From contig JAIQFS010000012.1 of the NCBI GenBank assembly GCA_020073145.1, positions 106,961 through 170,960 of the forward strand: a stretch of DNA of 64,000 nucleotides, read 5' to 3'. Within the stretch, counting starts at the first letter, position 1, and each line of letters begins with the position of its first letter. Positions 27,278 to 36,098 of the stretch are shown piece after piece. Under the pieces are notes generated by a model. It worked only from the letters and a program-made list of their open reading frames with translations, searched no databases and was not told where the DNA came from. Origin of the DNA: Terriglobia bacterium (GTDB lineage: Bacteria > Acidobacteriota > Terriglobia > Bryobacterales > Bryobacteraceae). The translations under genes were made by a program, and so were the position numbers.

Positions 27278-29529
27278 TTCGCCGCCGCGTTCCTGGTGGC
27301 GCGATCAGCCAGGCTTCCGGTGAGCCGCTCGCGGCTGCGGAGCTGGGCGGCATCGACGAGCATTTCTCCGGCCCATCGGTAGACGTTGAAGTGGGCCACC
27401 AGAGAGCGCATGGACCGCATGCGAACCTGCTGTTCGCCGGGCGGCATCTGGAGCGCCGTTGCCAAAGCCGTGCTGGCTTCTTCCAGGTCGTAGGGATTGA
27501 CGATCAATGCTTCGGTCAGTTCGCGCGCTGCTCCGGTGAATTGACTCAACAGCAAGACTCCCTGCTGATCGTCGCGGGCAGCCACAAATTCCTTGGCCAC
27601 CAGGTTCATTCCGTCGTGCAGGCTGCTGACGTAGCAAAGGTGGGCCGCCCTGTAATAGCGAAAGACATCCGGAGGTTCGTGATGGGAGCGCAGCAGAATG
27701 ATGGGCCGGTAATCGCCCTCGCCGAACCGATCATTGATCCGGTCGGCCAGTTGCACCACCAGGTCGTTCAGTTGGCGATAGCGCTCGATCTTGGTCCGGC
27801 TGGGAGCCGCGACCTGCAAAAAGCTGAACCTCCCGCGGAACTCGGGAAACCGCTCCAACAGGCGCTCCACGGCCAACAGACGTTCTTCCACCCCCTTGGT
27901 GTAATCCAAACGATCGACTCCCACCCCGAGCAGCGCGTCCGGTTTGAGCCGCAGATCGCGCCACACGTGTTCCCTGCATTCCACCGGGCTGGGAGCTTTG
28001 GCGAGCCAGCGGACCGGCCACTCCAGTGAGATGGGATAAGGACGGACCAGGGTGCGGTGGCCGCGCTTGACCACTCCGTGCTGCTCGCGATCGATACGGG
28101 CTTCGAGGTAGCGGTCGACCGATTCGAAGAAGTTGTTGCAGTGGAACTGGGTGTGAAAACCCACGATGCTGCTGCCGAGCAGGCCTTCCAGAAGTTCCTG
28201 CCGCCAGGGACAGATGCCGAACCGCTCCGCGTTCGGCCACGGGATGTGCCAGAACATGATCACGGTGGCGGCGGGCAGCCGTTCGCGAATCAAGCGGGGA
28301 ACCAGGGCAAAGTGGTAGTCCTGCACCAGCACAATAGGGTCGTCCGAATCCACCTCGCTGCAAACGGCGTTCGCGAAGCGCTCGTTGACGCGCTGGTAGT
28401 GGGCCCAGTCTTCGCCGCGGAAGGCGGGGCGCGTGTCGGCCACGTGGCACAGCGGCCACAAGCCTTCGTTGGAGAAGCCGTAGTAGTAGCCCAGCTCTTC
28501 CTCGGGAGAAAGCCAGACGCGGCGAATGTGATACGATTCCTCGCCCGGGGGCACGCGCACGTGGTCGTTGCGATCCACCGTTTCGCGATCGGCCGAACCG
28601 CTCCCGTGGGCGATCCAAACCCCGGAGCAGGCGCGCATCACCGGTTCGAGCGCGGTCACCAGACCGCTGGCCGGGTGCACAATCTGAACATCGCCACCAG
28701 GGAATCGCTCGTGCACGTACGGCTCCCGGTTAGCAACAATTACGACGCGTTCGCCGTGAAGATGGAGGCTCAGTGTCTGCTTGAGCCGCTCGGCCGTCCA
28801 CACACCGGGGGCATCTTCCCGCTCATCCATGACACGCTCGATGAGGTCGCGCACGTCGCGCAGAATCGGTTGAAACTCCGGCCGGCGCCGCTCGTCGCCA
28901 TGCAGCATACGGCGCAGTTCGGCGCTCCAGTTGCGCCGGCTGAAGCGCGCCACGAAAATGGTGACGCCCGAAGCCAGCACGCCCAGTATCCCAAAGGAAA
29001 CCAGCAGAAACGTGCGCGTCCGGGCTTCGCGGCGCTCGGCGTAACTGAGATCCTGGAGCAGGACCAGGAATCCGAACTGGCGGTCCGCATCCCAGAGAGG
29101 GATCGCGCTGACGTGAATGCTGCCACCCGGCAGACGGCTCACGGCGTTCCATTCCTGAAAGTGCGGGTTGGAAGAACCGTCCGCCGATTGGACCTGAGGG
29201 CCGACTTCCCGACAGCCGAACTCGCTGGGAAAATCCGGCGTGCTCGCCAGGGTCGACAAATCCAGGCCGCATGCCGCCACCGCCATCACTCGCTCGTCGT
29301 GGGTGATCTCAGTCAGCTGGCTTTGCAACTGCTGACGCTGATCCGCATACCAGTGCGCGGCCAGGGATGCCCGCGCTCCCGTGGCCACCAAGCGCGCGCG
29401 CAGATTGAGGTCGCGTTCGAACCACTGGCGGGCCGTCTCCTGCACGAATCCGGTGACCGCCCACGCGAGCACGGCCAACCCCACGATCAGGGCCAGTACG
29501 AATTGGACCAGCCTAGACATCGTCACCAT
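27274..29529 (-). CDS. otsA: Trehalose-6-phosphate synthase (GT20) with N-terminal 2-TM extracytoplasmic module
   Basis: Start set at MVTMSRLVQFVLALIVGLAVLAWAV (29529). The longer ORF-track extension is Arg/Ser/Pro-rich junk. The GT20 core reads VVIVANREPYVH...GFSNEGLWPLCH...VQDYHFALVP...GVDRLDYTKG...NPYD. Confidence 0.85.
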   Translation of the reverse strand: MVTMSRLVQFVLALIVGLAVLAWAVTGFVQETARQWFERDLNLRARLVATGARASLAAHWYADQRQQLQSQLTEITHDERVMAVAACGLDLSTLASTPDFPSEFGCREVGPQVQSADGSSNPHFQEWNAVSRLPGGSIHVSAIPLWDADRQFGFLVLLQDLSYAERREARTRTFLLVSFGILGVLASGVTIFVARFSRRNWSAELRRMLHGDERRRPEFQPILRDVRDLIERVMDEREDAPGVWTAERLKQTLSLHLHGERVVIVANREPYVHERFPGGDVQIVHPASGLVTALEPVMRACSGVWIAHGSGSADRETVDRNDHVRVPPGEESYHIRRVWLSPEEELGYYYGFSNEGLWPLCHVADTRPAFRGEDWAHYQRVNERFANAVCSEVDSDDPIVLVQDYHFALVPRLIRERLPAATVIMFWHIPWPNAERFGICPWRQELLEGLLGSSIVGFHTQFHCNNFFESVDRYLEARIDREQHGVVKRGHRTLVRPYPISLEWPVRWLAKAPSPVECREHVWRDLRLKPDALLGVGVDRLDYTKGVEERLLAVERLLERFPEFRGRFSFLQVAAPSRTKIERYRQLNDLVVQLADRINDRFGEGDYRPIILLRSHHEPPDVFRYYRAAHLCYVSSLHDGMNLVAKEFVAARDDQQGVLLLSQFTGAARELTEALIVNPYDLEEASTALATALQMPPGEQQVRMRSMRSLVAHFNVYRWAGEMLVDAAQLRSRERLTGSLADRATRNAAAK

Positions 29530-29573
29530 TGGACCACGTTCGGCCAGGGACCTGCCTGTGTTATGGTTCTGAT

Positions 29574-31340
29574 GTGCGGCTGGAAGACTTGGGACTGATC
29601 GGCAACTGTCAATACTCAGCCCTCGTTCACCGTAGCGGAGAAGTAGTTTGGTGCTGTCTGCCGCGCTTCGATTCCGATCCGGTCTTCTCGACCCTGCTGG
29701 ACGAGAAGGAGGGCGGCCGGTTTCTGGCTGGACCCGCCGGAGGCGAGGTGGGCTCCCAGCGTTATCTCCCGAATACGAATGTGCTGGAGACGACGTTCCA
29801 GACCCCGGGCGGCTCCTTCCGGCTGATCGATATCGCGCCGCGGATGATTCAGTACGGTCGGGCTTTCCGTCCGACGCAGCTTCACCGGATTCTGGAACCG
29901 CTCGATGGAACACCGCGAATCCAGGTGGTCTGTGAGCCGCGGCTGGGTTGGTCCAAGGCGAAGCCCGTGGCGGTAACGGGATCGCACCACGTGCGCTTCG
30001 AGGGATTTGCCAGCCAGTTCCGGCTGACCACCGATATCCCCCTCTCCTATCTGGGAGGCCAGCCGTTCGCGCTCACCGAGCGGCGGCATCTGGTGCTCAC
30101 GTGGGGAGAACCCGTGGAAGAACCGCTGGCGGCCCTGTGCGAGCGATTCTTGAACGAGACCGAAAGATACTGGCAGCAGTGGGTGAGGCACTGCGATATT
30201 CCCCCGCTGTTTCAACAGGAAGTCATCCGCTCCGCGCTGGCCCTCAAGCTCCACTGTTTTGAGGACACGGGCGCGATCATCGCGTCGATGACCACTTCGC
30301 TGCCCGAGGCTTCGGGAAGCGGCCGCACGTGGGACTACCGCTATTGCTGGCTGCGCGACGCCTATTACGTCCTCGGAGCCTTTGGCCTTCTCGGGCAGTT
30401 CGAAGAACGACAGCAATTTGTCAGATACCTGCTGAACATCGCGGCGGGGGCTTCCGACCTCAATCTGGCGCCACTCTACCGTGTGGATGGGACCGGAGAC
30501 CTGGAGGAGAAGACCCTTGAAAATTGGCCGGGGTTCGATGGCGAAGGACCGGTCCGCGTGGGAAATGCCGCGGCGTTGCAGACTCAGCACGATGTTTTCG
30601 GCGAGATGGTCCTGGCGCTGACTCCCATCTTTCTCGACGAACGCTTCAATGCGGAGCGCTCCCCCGCGGCGCTGCGGCTGCTGGAAGCGATGGCCCGCAA
30701 GGCCATCTCGGTGGCGGGCAAGCCGGACGCCGGAATTTGGGAGTTTCGCAAGAAGTGGCAAACCGAGACCTTCTCCAGCCTCATGTGCTGGGCGGCAACC
30801 GACCGGATGGCCACCGTGGCCGCTCTGCACGTCCCTGCGCTCACGGCCGAGTTCCGTTCGGCGGCCCAAAGCATCCGCCAGGACGTATTGGCAAATGCTT
30901 GGAACGAGGGGCTGGGCAGTTTTGTCGGCCACTATGGCGGCGGCGATCTGGACGCCTCCCTGCTGCAAATGGCCCCGCTCCGCCTTCTCGCGGCCAACGA
31001 TCCCAAGTTGCACGGAACCATCAACGCGATTCACAAGGGCCTTGGCTCGAACGGCTGGGTATTCCGCTACCAACTGGATGATGGGCTCGGCCACCCGAAC
31101 GTGGCGTTCGTGGTCTGCACGTTCTGGCTCATCGAAGCGCTGGCCGTGGTCGGGCGTCAGGAAGAAGCGCACGCGCTCATGAAGAGGATTCAGACGGCGC
31201 TGTCGCCGCTCGGACTGCTGTCGGAAGACTATGCGCCTTCGAGCCTCCGCATGTGGGGCAACTTCCCCCAAGCCTTCTCTCACGTTGGCCTCATCCGCGG
31301 CGCTTTCGCGGCCTCACCTACCTGGTCGGAAGTGCTGTAG
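29574..31340 (+). CDS. Glycoside hydrolase family 15 (glucoamylase/trehalase-like)
   Basis: GTG start proposed at VRLEDLGLIGNCQYSALV, a typical GH15 N-terminus. The track ORF starts at a TTG at 29529. Other GH15 motifs are WDYRYCWLRDA and CTFWLIEAL. It is divergent from otsA. Confidence 0.8.
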   Translation: MRLEDLGLIGNCQYSALVHRSGEVVWCCLPRFDSDPVFSTLLDEKEGGRFLAGPAGGEVGSQRYLPNTNVLETTFQTPGGSFRLIDIAPRMIQYGRAFRPTQLHRILEPLDGTPRIQVVCEPRLGWSKAKPVAVTGSHHVRFEGFASQFRLTTDIPLSYLGGQPFALTERRHLVLTWGEPVEEPLAALCERFLNETERYWQQWVRHCDIPPLFQQEVIRSALALKLHCFEDTGAIIASMTTSLPEASGSGRTWDYRYCWLRDAYYVLGAFGLLGQFEERQQFVRYLLNIAAGASDLNLAPLYRVDGTGDLEEKTLENWPGFDGEGPVRVGNAAALQTQHDVFGEMVLALTPIFLDERFNAERSPAALRLLEAMARKAISVAGKPDAGIWEFRKKWQTETFSSLMCWAATDRMATVAALHVPALTAEFRSAAQSIRQDVLANAWNEGLGSFVGHYGGGDLDASLLQMAPLRLLAANDPKLHGTINAIHKGLGSNGWVFRYQLDDGLGHPNVAFVVCTFWLIEALAVVGRQEEAHALMKRIQTALSPLGLLSEDYAPSSLRMWGNFPQAFSHVGLIRGAFAASPTWSEVL

Positions 31341-31357
31341 CGGCCCGGGGCTGTTTG

Positions 31358-31510
31358 GGCTTCGGCCGTCCACACGCCCTTTCCGCCCGCCTATGAAGCG
31401 CTCGATGGGGGCGCCCACGCCGCAAAAAGGGTGATGTCCGATGCGAGCACGCCCAACACGCTGAAGGAAACCAGAAGAAGAGGGCGCGTGCGGAGTGCGC
31501 GGCGTGCTGC
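31358..31510 (-). pseudogene. Relic of an otsA-like N-terminal (second TM helix/linker) segment
   Basis: The minus strand translates to AARRALRTRPLLLVSFSVLGVLASDITLFAAW followed by a stop. The OtsA counterpart is AERREARTRTFLLVSFGILGVLASGVTIFVARF. A frameshifted IERFIGGRKG..VWTAE follows, compared with OtsA LIERVMDEREDAPGVWTAE. Confidence 0.5.
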
Positions 31511-31821
31511 CCAATCCACCGGGAAAATGAGGTGCGGCGCGGTCTCCGGTACTTCCTACATGCCGGCCTCGCCTCATATGTAAAATATTCCTACCGAAAG
31601 ATAGTATTAACTCCATGCGATCATTTCTGTAGCGCCGTTTCGGGATCGAGTTCTCAGGGGCTCAGGACGTGCGACCGAAACGCGCCGTTTGCCGGAACTC
31701 CCCCTCTAGATTCTGGTCTCTGACTTGCAATGTGCATGCCCACACGGATCGTCGAAACTGCTAACGGGGCGGGCGCCATGATGACTGTGTAACTACTACG
31801 AATCGAACAAGGAGAACACGA

Positions 31822-32004
31822 ATGAAGAAGTTGCTACCAATCATCATGGGAATGTCACTGGCTCTCGGGTCCAGCACGCTCGTCTTTGGCGGCCAGCAGG
31901 ATCCTCCGAAGCAAGACAGCGATAAGTCCGGCAAGAAGAGTAAAAAAGACGGCAAGAAAGACGACAGTAAAGACGAGAAAAAGGGAGACACCAAGAAACA
32001 GTAG
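31822..32004 (+). CDS. Small secreted Lys/Asp-rich peptide (GQQDPPKQ motif), paralog 2
   Basis: 60 aa: MKKLLPIIMGMSLALGSSTLVFG|GQQDPPKQDSDKSGKKSKKDGKKDDSKDEKKGDTKKQ. AAGGAGA lies 7 nt upstream of the ATG. Confidence 0.6.
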   Translation: MKKLLPIIMGMSLALGSSTLVFGGQQDPPKQDSDKSGKKSKKDGKKDDSKDEKKGDTKKQ

Positions 32005-32020
32005 CCGAGTCGTCCGCTCC

Positions 32021-32046
32021 TGCGCGGCGCGTCCTGACGCGCCGCG
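32021..32046. terminator. GC-rich hairpin between convergent genes (possible bidirectional terminator)
   Basis: GCGCGGCGCG-tcctga-CGCGCCGCGC forms a perfect 10-bp stem. No clear U-tract follows. Confidence 0.4.
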
Positions 32047-32116
32047 CGCTACGCGGCCCATACTACCAATCGCATAGTTGATACGCTCGCCACATGGCGG
32101 ATTCGACGGATCCGGC

Positions 32117-32884
32117 CTACAACGCTTCGCGTGTCTCGCGAAGCGTATTGGCCAGCGACTCGCGCGGCAGGCTCTGGATGATCGGGTTAATCAGCCAGCC
32201 TAAGGCCGTAGGCACGCTGCGCGTCAGCGAAACGGCTTCACACTCCACATAGACGCCGCCGTCGCGCCCCTCGAATCGCCAGTAGGAGTTCAGCCTCCAT
32301 AAGAAGCCGTGATCCTGGCCCGGAGGCAACTCCCGGCCGCCGGCCAGCTCCGCGATGCGCGTGCTGGAGGAACGGCTGTACCAGCGTTTCGAATCCAGCG
32401 GAACGTAGTGCACCGCGTGATCGGTGTTCAGCTCCACTGTCAAAACCTTCTTCTTGAGCAGGCGCAGAAAGACCTGGTAGTCATTGCCGTTTCGTTGGAG
32501 CAGCTTCGAATCGCGGACTTCCGGTTTGTAGATGTTTTTGTGGCGGTCGTAGTCCTGGACCAGCGCCAGCGTTTTCTCCAGTGTCGTGTTGGGGATGAAT
32601 ACCGCGCCGATCCAATCGTGAATCAATCCGTCCGGCACGGCCACGTCGCCCGGGCCGGTCACCGGCTGCACCAGAATCTGGCCGCTTCGGACACTCCGCA
32701 GACGCTCCGGCGCGCCGTCCACCCACAGAAAAGCGCCCTCCGCCCGCTGTTTGTCCAGGCGCTCCTCCGTGGCCTGGACATAGCGGACGAAGGCCTGGTC
32801 GGTCTGCGGCTTGAGCTCGACCTTGGTGGGATCGGCGGCCGCCAGAATCCATACGAAACCGAAGAACAGGGCCGCTGATCTCAC
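32117..32884 (-). CDS. Secreted hypothetical protein (possibly SRPBCC/START-like lipid-binding fold)
   Basis: GTG start at VRSAALFFGFVWILAAA (signal peptide), preceded by GGAGA. The 490-aa track ORF extension is antisense junk over the CDP-alcohol transferase gene. The fold assignment is a guess. Confidence 0.55.
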   Translation of the reverse strand: MRSAALFFGFVWILAAADPTKVELKPQTDQAFVRYVQATEERLDKQRAEGAFLWVDGAPERLRSVRSGQILVQPVTGPGDVAVPDGLIHDWIGAVFIPNTTLEKTLALVQDYDRHKNIYKPEVRDSKLLQRNGNDYQVFLRLLKKKVLTVELNTDHAVHYVPLDSKRWYSRSSSTRIAELAGGRELPPGQDHGFLWRLNSYWRFEGRDGGVYVECEAVSLTRSVPTALGWLINPIIQSLPRESLANTLRETREAL

Positions 32885-32944
32885 TTCTCCATTCTCTCCC
32901 GATGCCGTCCAAGTTTCCCTTGTTAGGATGGAGACAGGAATTCT

Positions 32945-33625
32945 GTGAGCGCCCCCAAGAATCCATTCCGGGAGGCCGACCGCGCGCAGGTCAGCTTGCT
33001 GGCGCCACTGGAGAAGAAGTGCCTGGTCTGGCTGGCCCGTCACACGCCGGCCTCGATCCACTCCGACCATCTCACCGCCTTGGGGCTGGTCGCGCTCCTC
33101 GGCGCGGGGCTGAGCTATTGGTACGCGCGCTCCGACCGCCTTGGCCTGCTGCTGGTGATCGCGTTCCTGGCGCTGAACTGGCTGGGCGACAGCCTCGACG
33201 GCACGCTGGCCCGGGTGCGCAACCGCCAGCGGCCGCGCTACGGGTTCTACGTCGATCATGTGGTGGACGCCTTCGGCACCTTTTTCCTGCTCGGCGGGCT
33301 GGCGCTTTCCGGCTACATGAGCGCCGGCATTGCGGCGGGTCTGTTGGTGGCGTACTTCATGCTTTCCATTGAGGTGTATCTGGCTACCTACACCATCGGG
33401 ACCTTCCACCTTTCGTTCTGGAAGTTCAGCCCGACGGAACTGCGGATTCTGCTCGCGATCGGAAATATCGCCCTGCTCTACCGGCCGGTAGTTCGATTGT
33501 TCGGCGGCAGCTACCGATTGTTCGACGTCGGCGGCGCCGTCGGCATCGTCGGGATGGCGCTCATGCTGATCGTGGCCGTGATCCGGCACACGGCGCTTCT
33601 GTATCGCTCCGAGCGCCTTCCGTGA
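32945..33625 (+). CDS. CDP-alcohol phosphatidyltransferase-family protein
   Basis: 226 aa polytopic membrane protein. The signature D-G-x2-A-R-x8-G-x3-D-x3-D appears as GDSLDGTLARVRNRQRPRYGFYVDHVVD. Confidence 0.8.
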   Translation: MSAPKNPFREADRAQVSLLAPLEKKCLVWLARHTPASIHSDHLTALGLVALLGAGLSYWYARSDRLGLLLVIAFLALNWLGDSLDGTLARVRNRQRPRYGFYVDHVVDAFGTFFLLGGLALSGYMSAGIAAGLLVAYFMLSIEVYLATYTIGTFHLSFWKFSPTELRILLAIGNIALLYRPVVRLFGGSYRLFDVGGAVGIVGMALMLIVAVIRHTALLYRSERLP

Positions 33626-34032
33626 AGGTCCGCGATTTCTTTCAGCGTTGGCTGAAGTTCAATACTGTGGGCGCCATCGGGATTGGCGTGCAGTTGGCGG
33701 CATTGGCGATCCTGCGTAGCGGGCTCGGTATCCACTATCTGGTAGCCACCGGCCTCGCCGTGGAGACCGCGGTGCTGCACAATTTCGTGTGGCACGAGCG
33801 GTGGACCTGGGTGGACCGGACCGGTCCCCGCGGCGTGGTGCTGCGGTTGCTGCGCTTCAACCTCAGCACGGGCTTGGTTTCCCTGGTCACCAACCTGGCG
33901 CTCATGCGCCTGCTGGTGGGCCGCTTTCACATCCAATATCTCATTGCCAACCTGCTGAGCATCGCCGCCGGCTCGCTGGCGAATTTCTTCCTGAGCGACT
34001 GGTTCGTGTTCCCGCGCGGGAAGCGGGCCTAG
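33622..34032 (+). CDS. GtrA-family membrane protein
   Basis: 136 aa with 4 TM helices. Motifs are FQRWLKFNTVGAIGIGVQL and NFVWHERWTW. A GTGA overlap joins it to the upstream gene. Confidence 0.7.
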   Translation: MKVRDFFQRWLKFNTVGAIGIGVQLAALAILRSGLGIHYLVATGLAVETAVLHNFVWHERWTWVDRTGPRGVVLRLLRFNLSTGLVSLVTNLALMRLLVGRFHIQYLIANLLSIAAGSLANFFLSDWFVFPRGKRA

Positions 34033-34043
34033 CTTTGACGAAG

Positions 34044-35258
34044 CTATTTCTTCTCCACCAGCACCACTTCCTGTCCGTCGACGTGCAACGGCGTATCCCC
34101 GGACAGGCTCTTCACTTTGTCGAGCAGCCTCGCGCCTTCGCCCGCAGACGGATCGAGCATCACCACGTTCTGGGTCTCGGCGTCGCGCGTGAGCGGCACG
34201 AACGAAACTCGCTGCACGCTCTTGCCCCGCACCACCACGCGGACCGCCATGCCCTCCTTGTTGGGGCGCATGCGGATCCAGTCCATCGCGAAATTGCCGA
34301 CGCTGTACAGAATGGGCTTGCCCAGGTAGACTTCCACGCCCTGCAACACGTGCGAGCCGTGGCCGTAGACCACGTCCGCGCCGGCATCGATGGCGGCGTG
34401 CGCCAGTACTTTCTCGTAGGGCTCAGCCTGCGAGAACCTCGGTCCCAGCGTGATGGGGGCGAACAGATCCTGCGGGCGCGCCGGACGGTCGTCGGCCGCC
34501 GGAGCGCTCTCCCGGCCCGTCAGGCCATCCCGATTGTGGCTCGACACCACCACCACATCCACCAGCGGGCGCAGCCGCCGGATATCTTCGCGCATCCGGC
34601 TCAAATCCGATGGATCGATCGTCACCCCATCCTGCGATTTGAGTCGTGCCACGCCCGGCGCGGTAGCGGTCGCGATCTGATGGTCCTCCACATACCACTT
34701 CGCCGTGTATTGCAGGAATCCGAAGCGGACGCCGTGGCGCTCGACGATCGCCGGTTGGTGCGCCTCCTCCAGATTCGCCCCACCGCCGGTATGCGCGATG
34801 CCATGGGCATCCAGAACCGCCAGGCTGCGCAGGATGTTTTCGCGTCCGTAGGCCACGTTGTTGGCCACTCCGACCGCCTGGATATGGCCCGCCTGCAACG
34901 CCTGGATCTCTTCCGGGCCAACATGCTGCCAGCCGCTCTTGTCCGGGATGTCTTGGTCCGGCCCCTCGGACTTCACCAGCAGGCCTTCCAGATTGCCATA
35001 CACCAGATCGGCCCGCTGCAACGTCTCGCGCACGTGCACGAATACGGCGGCAGGCTCGGCGCGTTGCTGCACATTGATATCGCCCACCAGCAGCAGCGTC
35101 ACGGCGCCGGCGCCATTAGAACCGCTCCACCGCCAAGGTCCATCCGCTGCCGCCCAACACGCCATTGCGCCGCCGGCGGCAATCAGGGCCTTCGAAAGAC
35201 GCGGTACCGTTCGCATGCGCACATTGTACATCCGGCGGCCGCGGGCCGTTCGTTCCAT
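34044..35258 (-). CDS. CapA-family (PGA_cap metallophosphatase-like) protein
   Basis: Motifs are LLLVGDINVQ, ADLVYGNLEG, VANNVAYGRENIL and VYGHGSHVLQGVE. The more likely start is the Met at 35216 (MRTVPRLSKALIAAGGAMACWAAA, signal-like). Confidence 0.75.
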   Translation of the reverse strand: MERTARGRRMYNVRMRTVPRLSKALIAAGGAMACWAAADGPWRWSGSNGAGAVTLLLVGDINVQQRAEPAAVFVHVRETLQRADLVYGNLEGLLVKSEGPDQDIPDKSGWQHVGPEEIQALQAGHIQAVGVANNVAYGRENILRSLAVLDAHGIAHTGGGANLEEAHQPAIVERHGVRFGFLQYTAKWYVEDHQIATATAPGVARLKSQDGVTIDPSDLSRMREDIRRLRPLVDVVVVSSHNRDGLTGRESAPAADDRPARPQDLFAPITLGPRFSQAEPYEKVLAHAAIDAGADVVYGHGSHVLQGVEVYLGKPILYSVGNFAMDWIRMRPNKEGMAVRVVVRGKSVQRVSFVPLTRDAETQNVVMLDPSAGEGARLLDKVKSLSGDTPLHVDGQEVVLVEKK

Positions 35259-35580
35259 CCAGGGGGCGCGCCCGGTAACACTAACTTTTTCTCCGCTTTT
35301 TACACATCCTTCACAACCTGTGCATAGCCTTTTGGGCGGGTCCGGGGCATAGTCGAATCATGCGGCAGCGAACCTGGAACGACATCCACCGCCTGCGGGA
35401 AGAGAAGGCGGGTCTCGAAGAGGAAGTCCGGCAATTGCGCGCGGCCATCCAGATGTACAGCGAGGTGGCCCGGCGTCTGGCAGCCGGGACCGAGGTCTCC
35501 GGCGCGCGCGAAAGCGCTCGTCCCCGGCCGTTTGCCGTGGCGGCGTAAGCCGTTCCGCCGCGAAGCGCGTCCACGAGATA

Positions 35581-36093
35581 ATGACGAGTATGGTCATCTC
35601 ACCGGACGTTCTTCGCACGCAGCTTGCCTATTCGGCCTGGGCCAGCCAGCGTCTGGTTGGCGCCGCATCCCGGCTGACTCCCGACGAACTGAACCGCGAC
35701 TTCCAGACGGCCGACCGCCATGTGCTGGGGACGCTCGTCCATGTTTATGCCGCCGATCGCATCTGGCTGGCGCGCGTCACCGGCGCACCCAGCCCAGCCT
35801 TCACCACCGACGCGGACTATCACTTCCCGGTATTGCAGAACGATTGGCCGGCCTTGCACCAGCGCTGGCAGCATTGGGCCGCAGCGCTGACCGGCGAGCA
35901 GACGGACTCGACCGTCGCGTACAAAGACACCAAGGGCCACGCGTACACCAGTGTGTTGTGGCAGATCGTCCTGCACGTAGTCAATCACGGAAGCCATCAT
36001 CGCGGCCAGGTTTCCGGATTTCTGCGCGCCATGGGCCACCCGCCGCCGGCGCTCGACCTGGGGCTGTACTATCGCGAGATTCGAAACGGGTAG
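35581..36093 (+). CDS. DinB-family protein
   Basis: 170 aa. Motifs are LAYSAWASQRL, GTLVHVYAADRIW and VVNHGSHHRGQVSGFL. Confidence 0.8.
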   Translation: MTSMVISPDVLRTQLAYSAWASQRLVGAASRLTPDELNRDFQTADRHVLGTLVHVYAADRIWLARVTGAPSPAFTTDADYHFPVLQNDWPALHQRWQHWAAALTGEQTDSTVAYKDTKGHAYTSVLWQIVLHVVNHGSHHRGQVSGFLRAMGHPPPALDLGLYYREIRNG

Positions 36094-36098
36094 CCTGC

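Noticed and set aside
29530-29913. N-terminal extension of otsA. Similar extensions occur at 32885-33589, 16354-16722, 57381-57506 and 58178-58465.
   Set aside because: The extensions are Arg/Ser/Pro-rich and overlap neighbouring genes or promoters. The internal Met or Val starts give proper signal peptides, TM helices or family N-termini.
28057-31283. 513-aa plus-strand and 555-aa minus-strand ORFs.
   Set aside because: They lie antisense to otsA and the GH15 gene respectively. Both real genes carry strong family motifs, and the shadow ORFs have none.
33789-35327. 512-aa plus-strand ORF.
   Set aside because: It lies antisense to the CapA-family gene and overlaps the GtrA gene end. Its composition is Arg/His/Ala-rich and low-information.
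35360-35548. 62-aa coiled-coil-like ORF upstream of the DinB gene.
   Set aside because: It has no convincing RBS and no recognisable family. I cannot support it from sequence alone. It might be real.
35532-36098. N-terminal 189-aa extension of the nucleoside-hydrolase ORF.
   Set aside because: It overlaps the well-supported DinB gene in another frame and is Arg/Pro-rich. A signal peptide starts at the Met at 36099.
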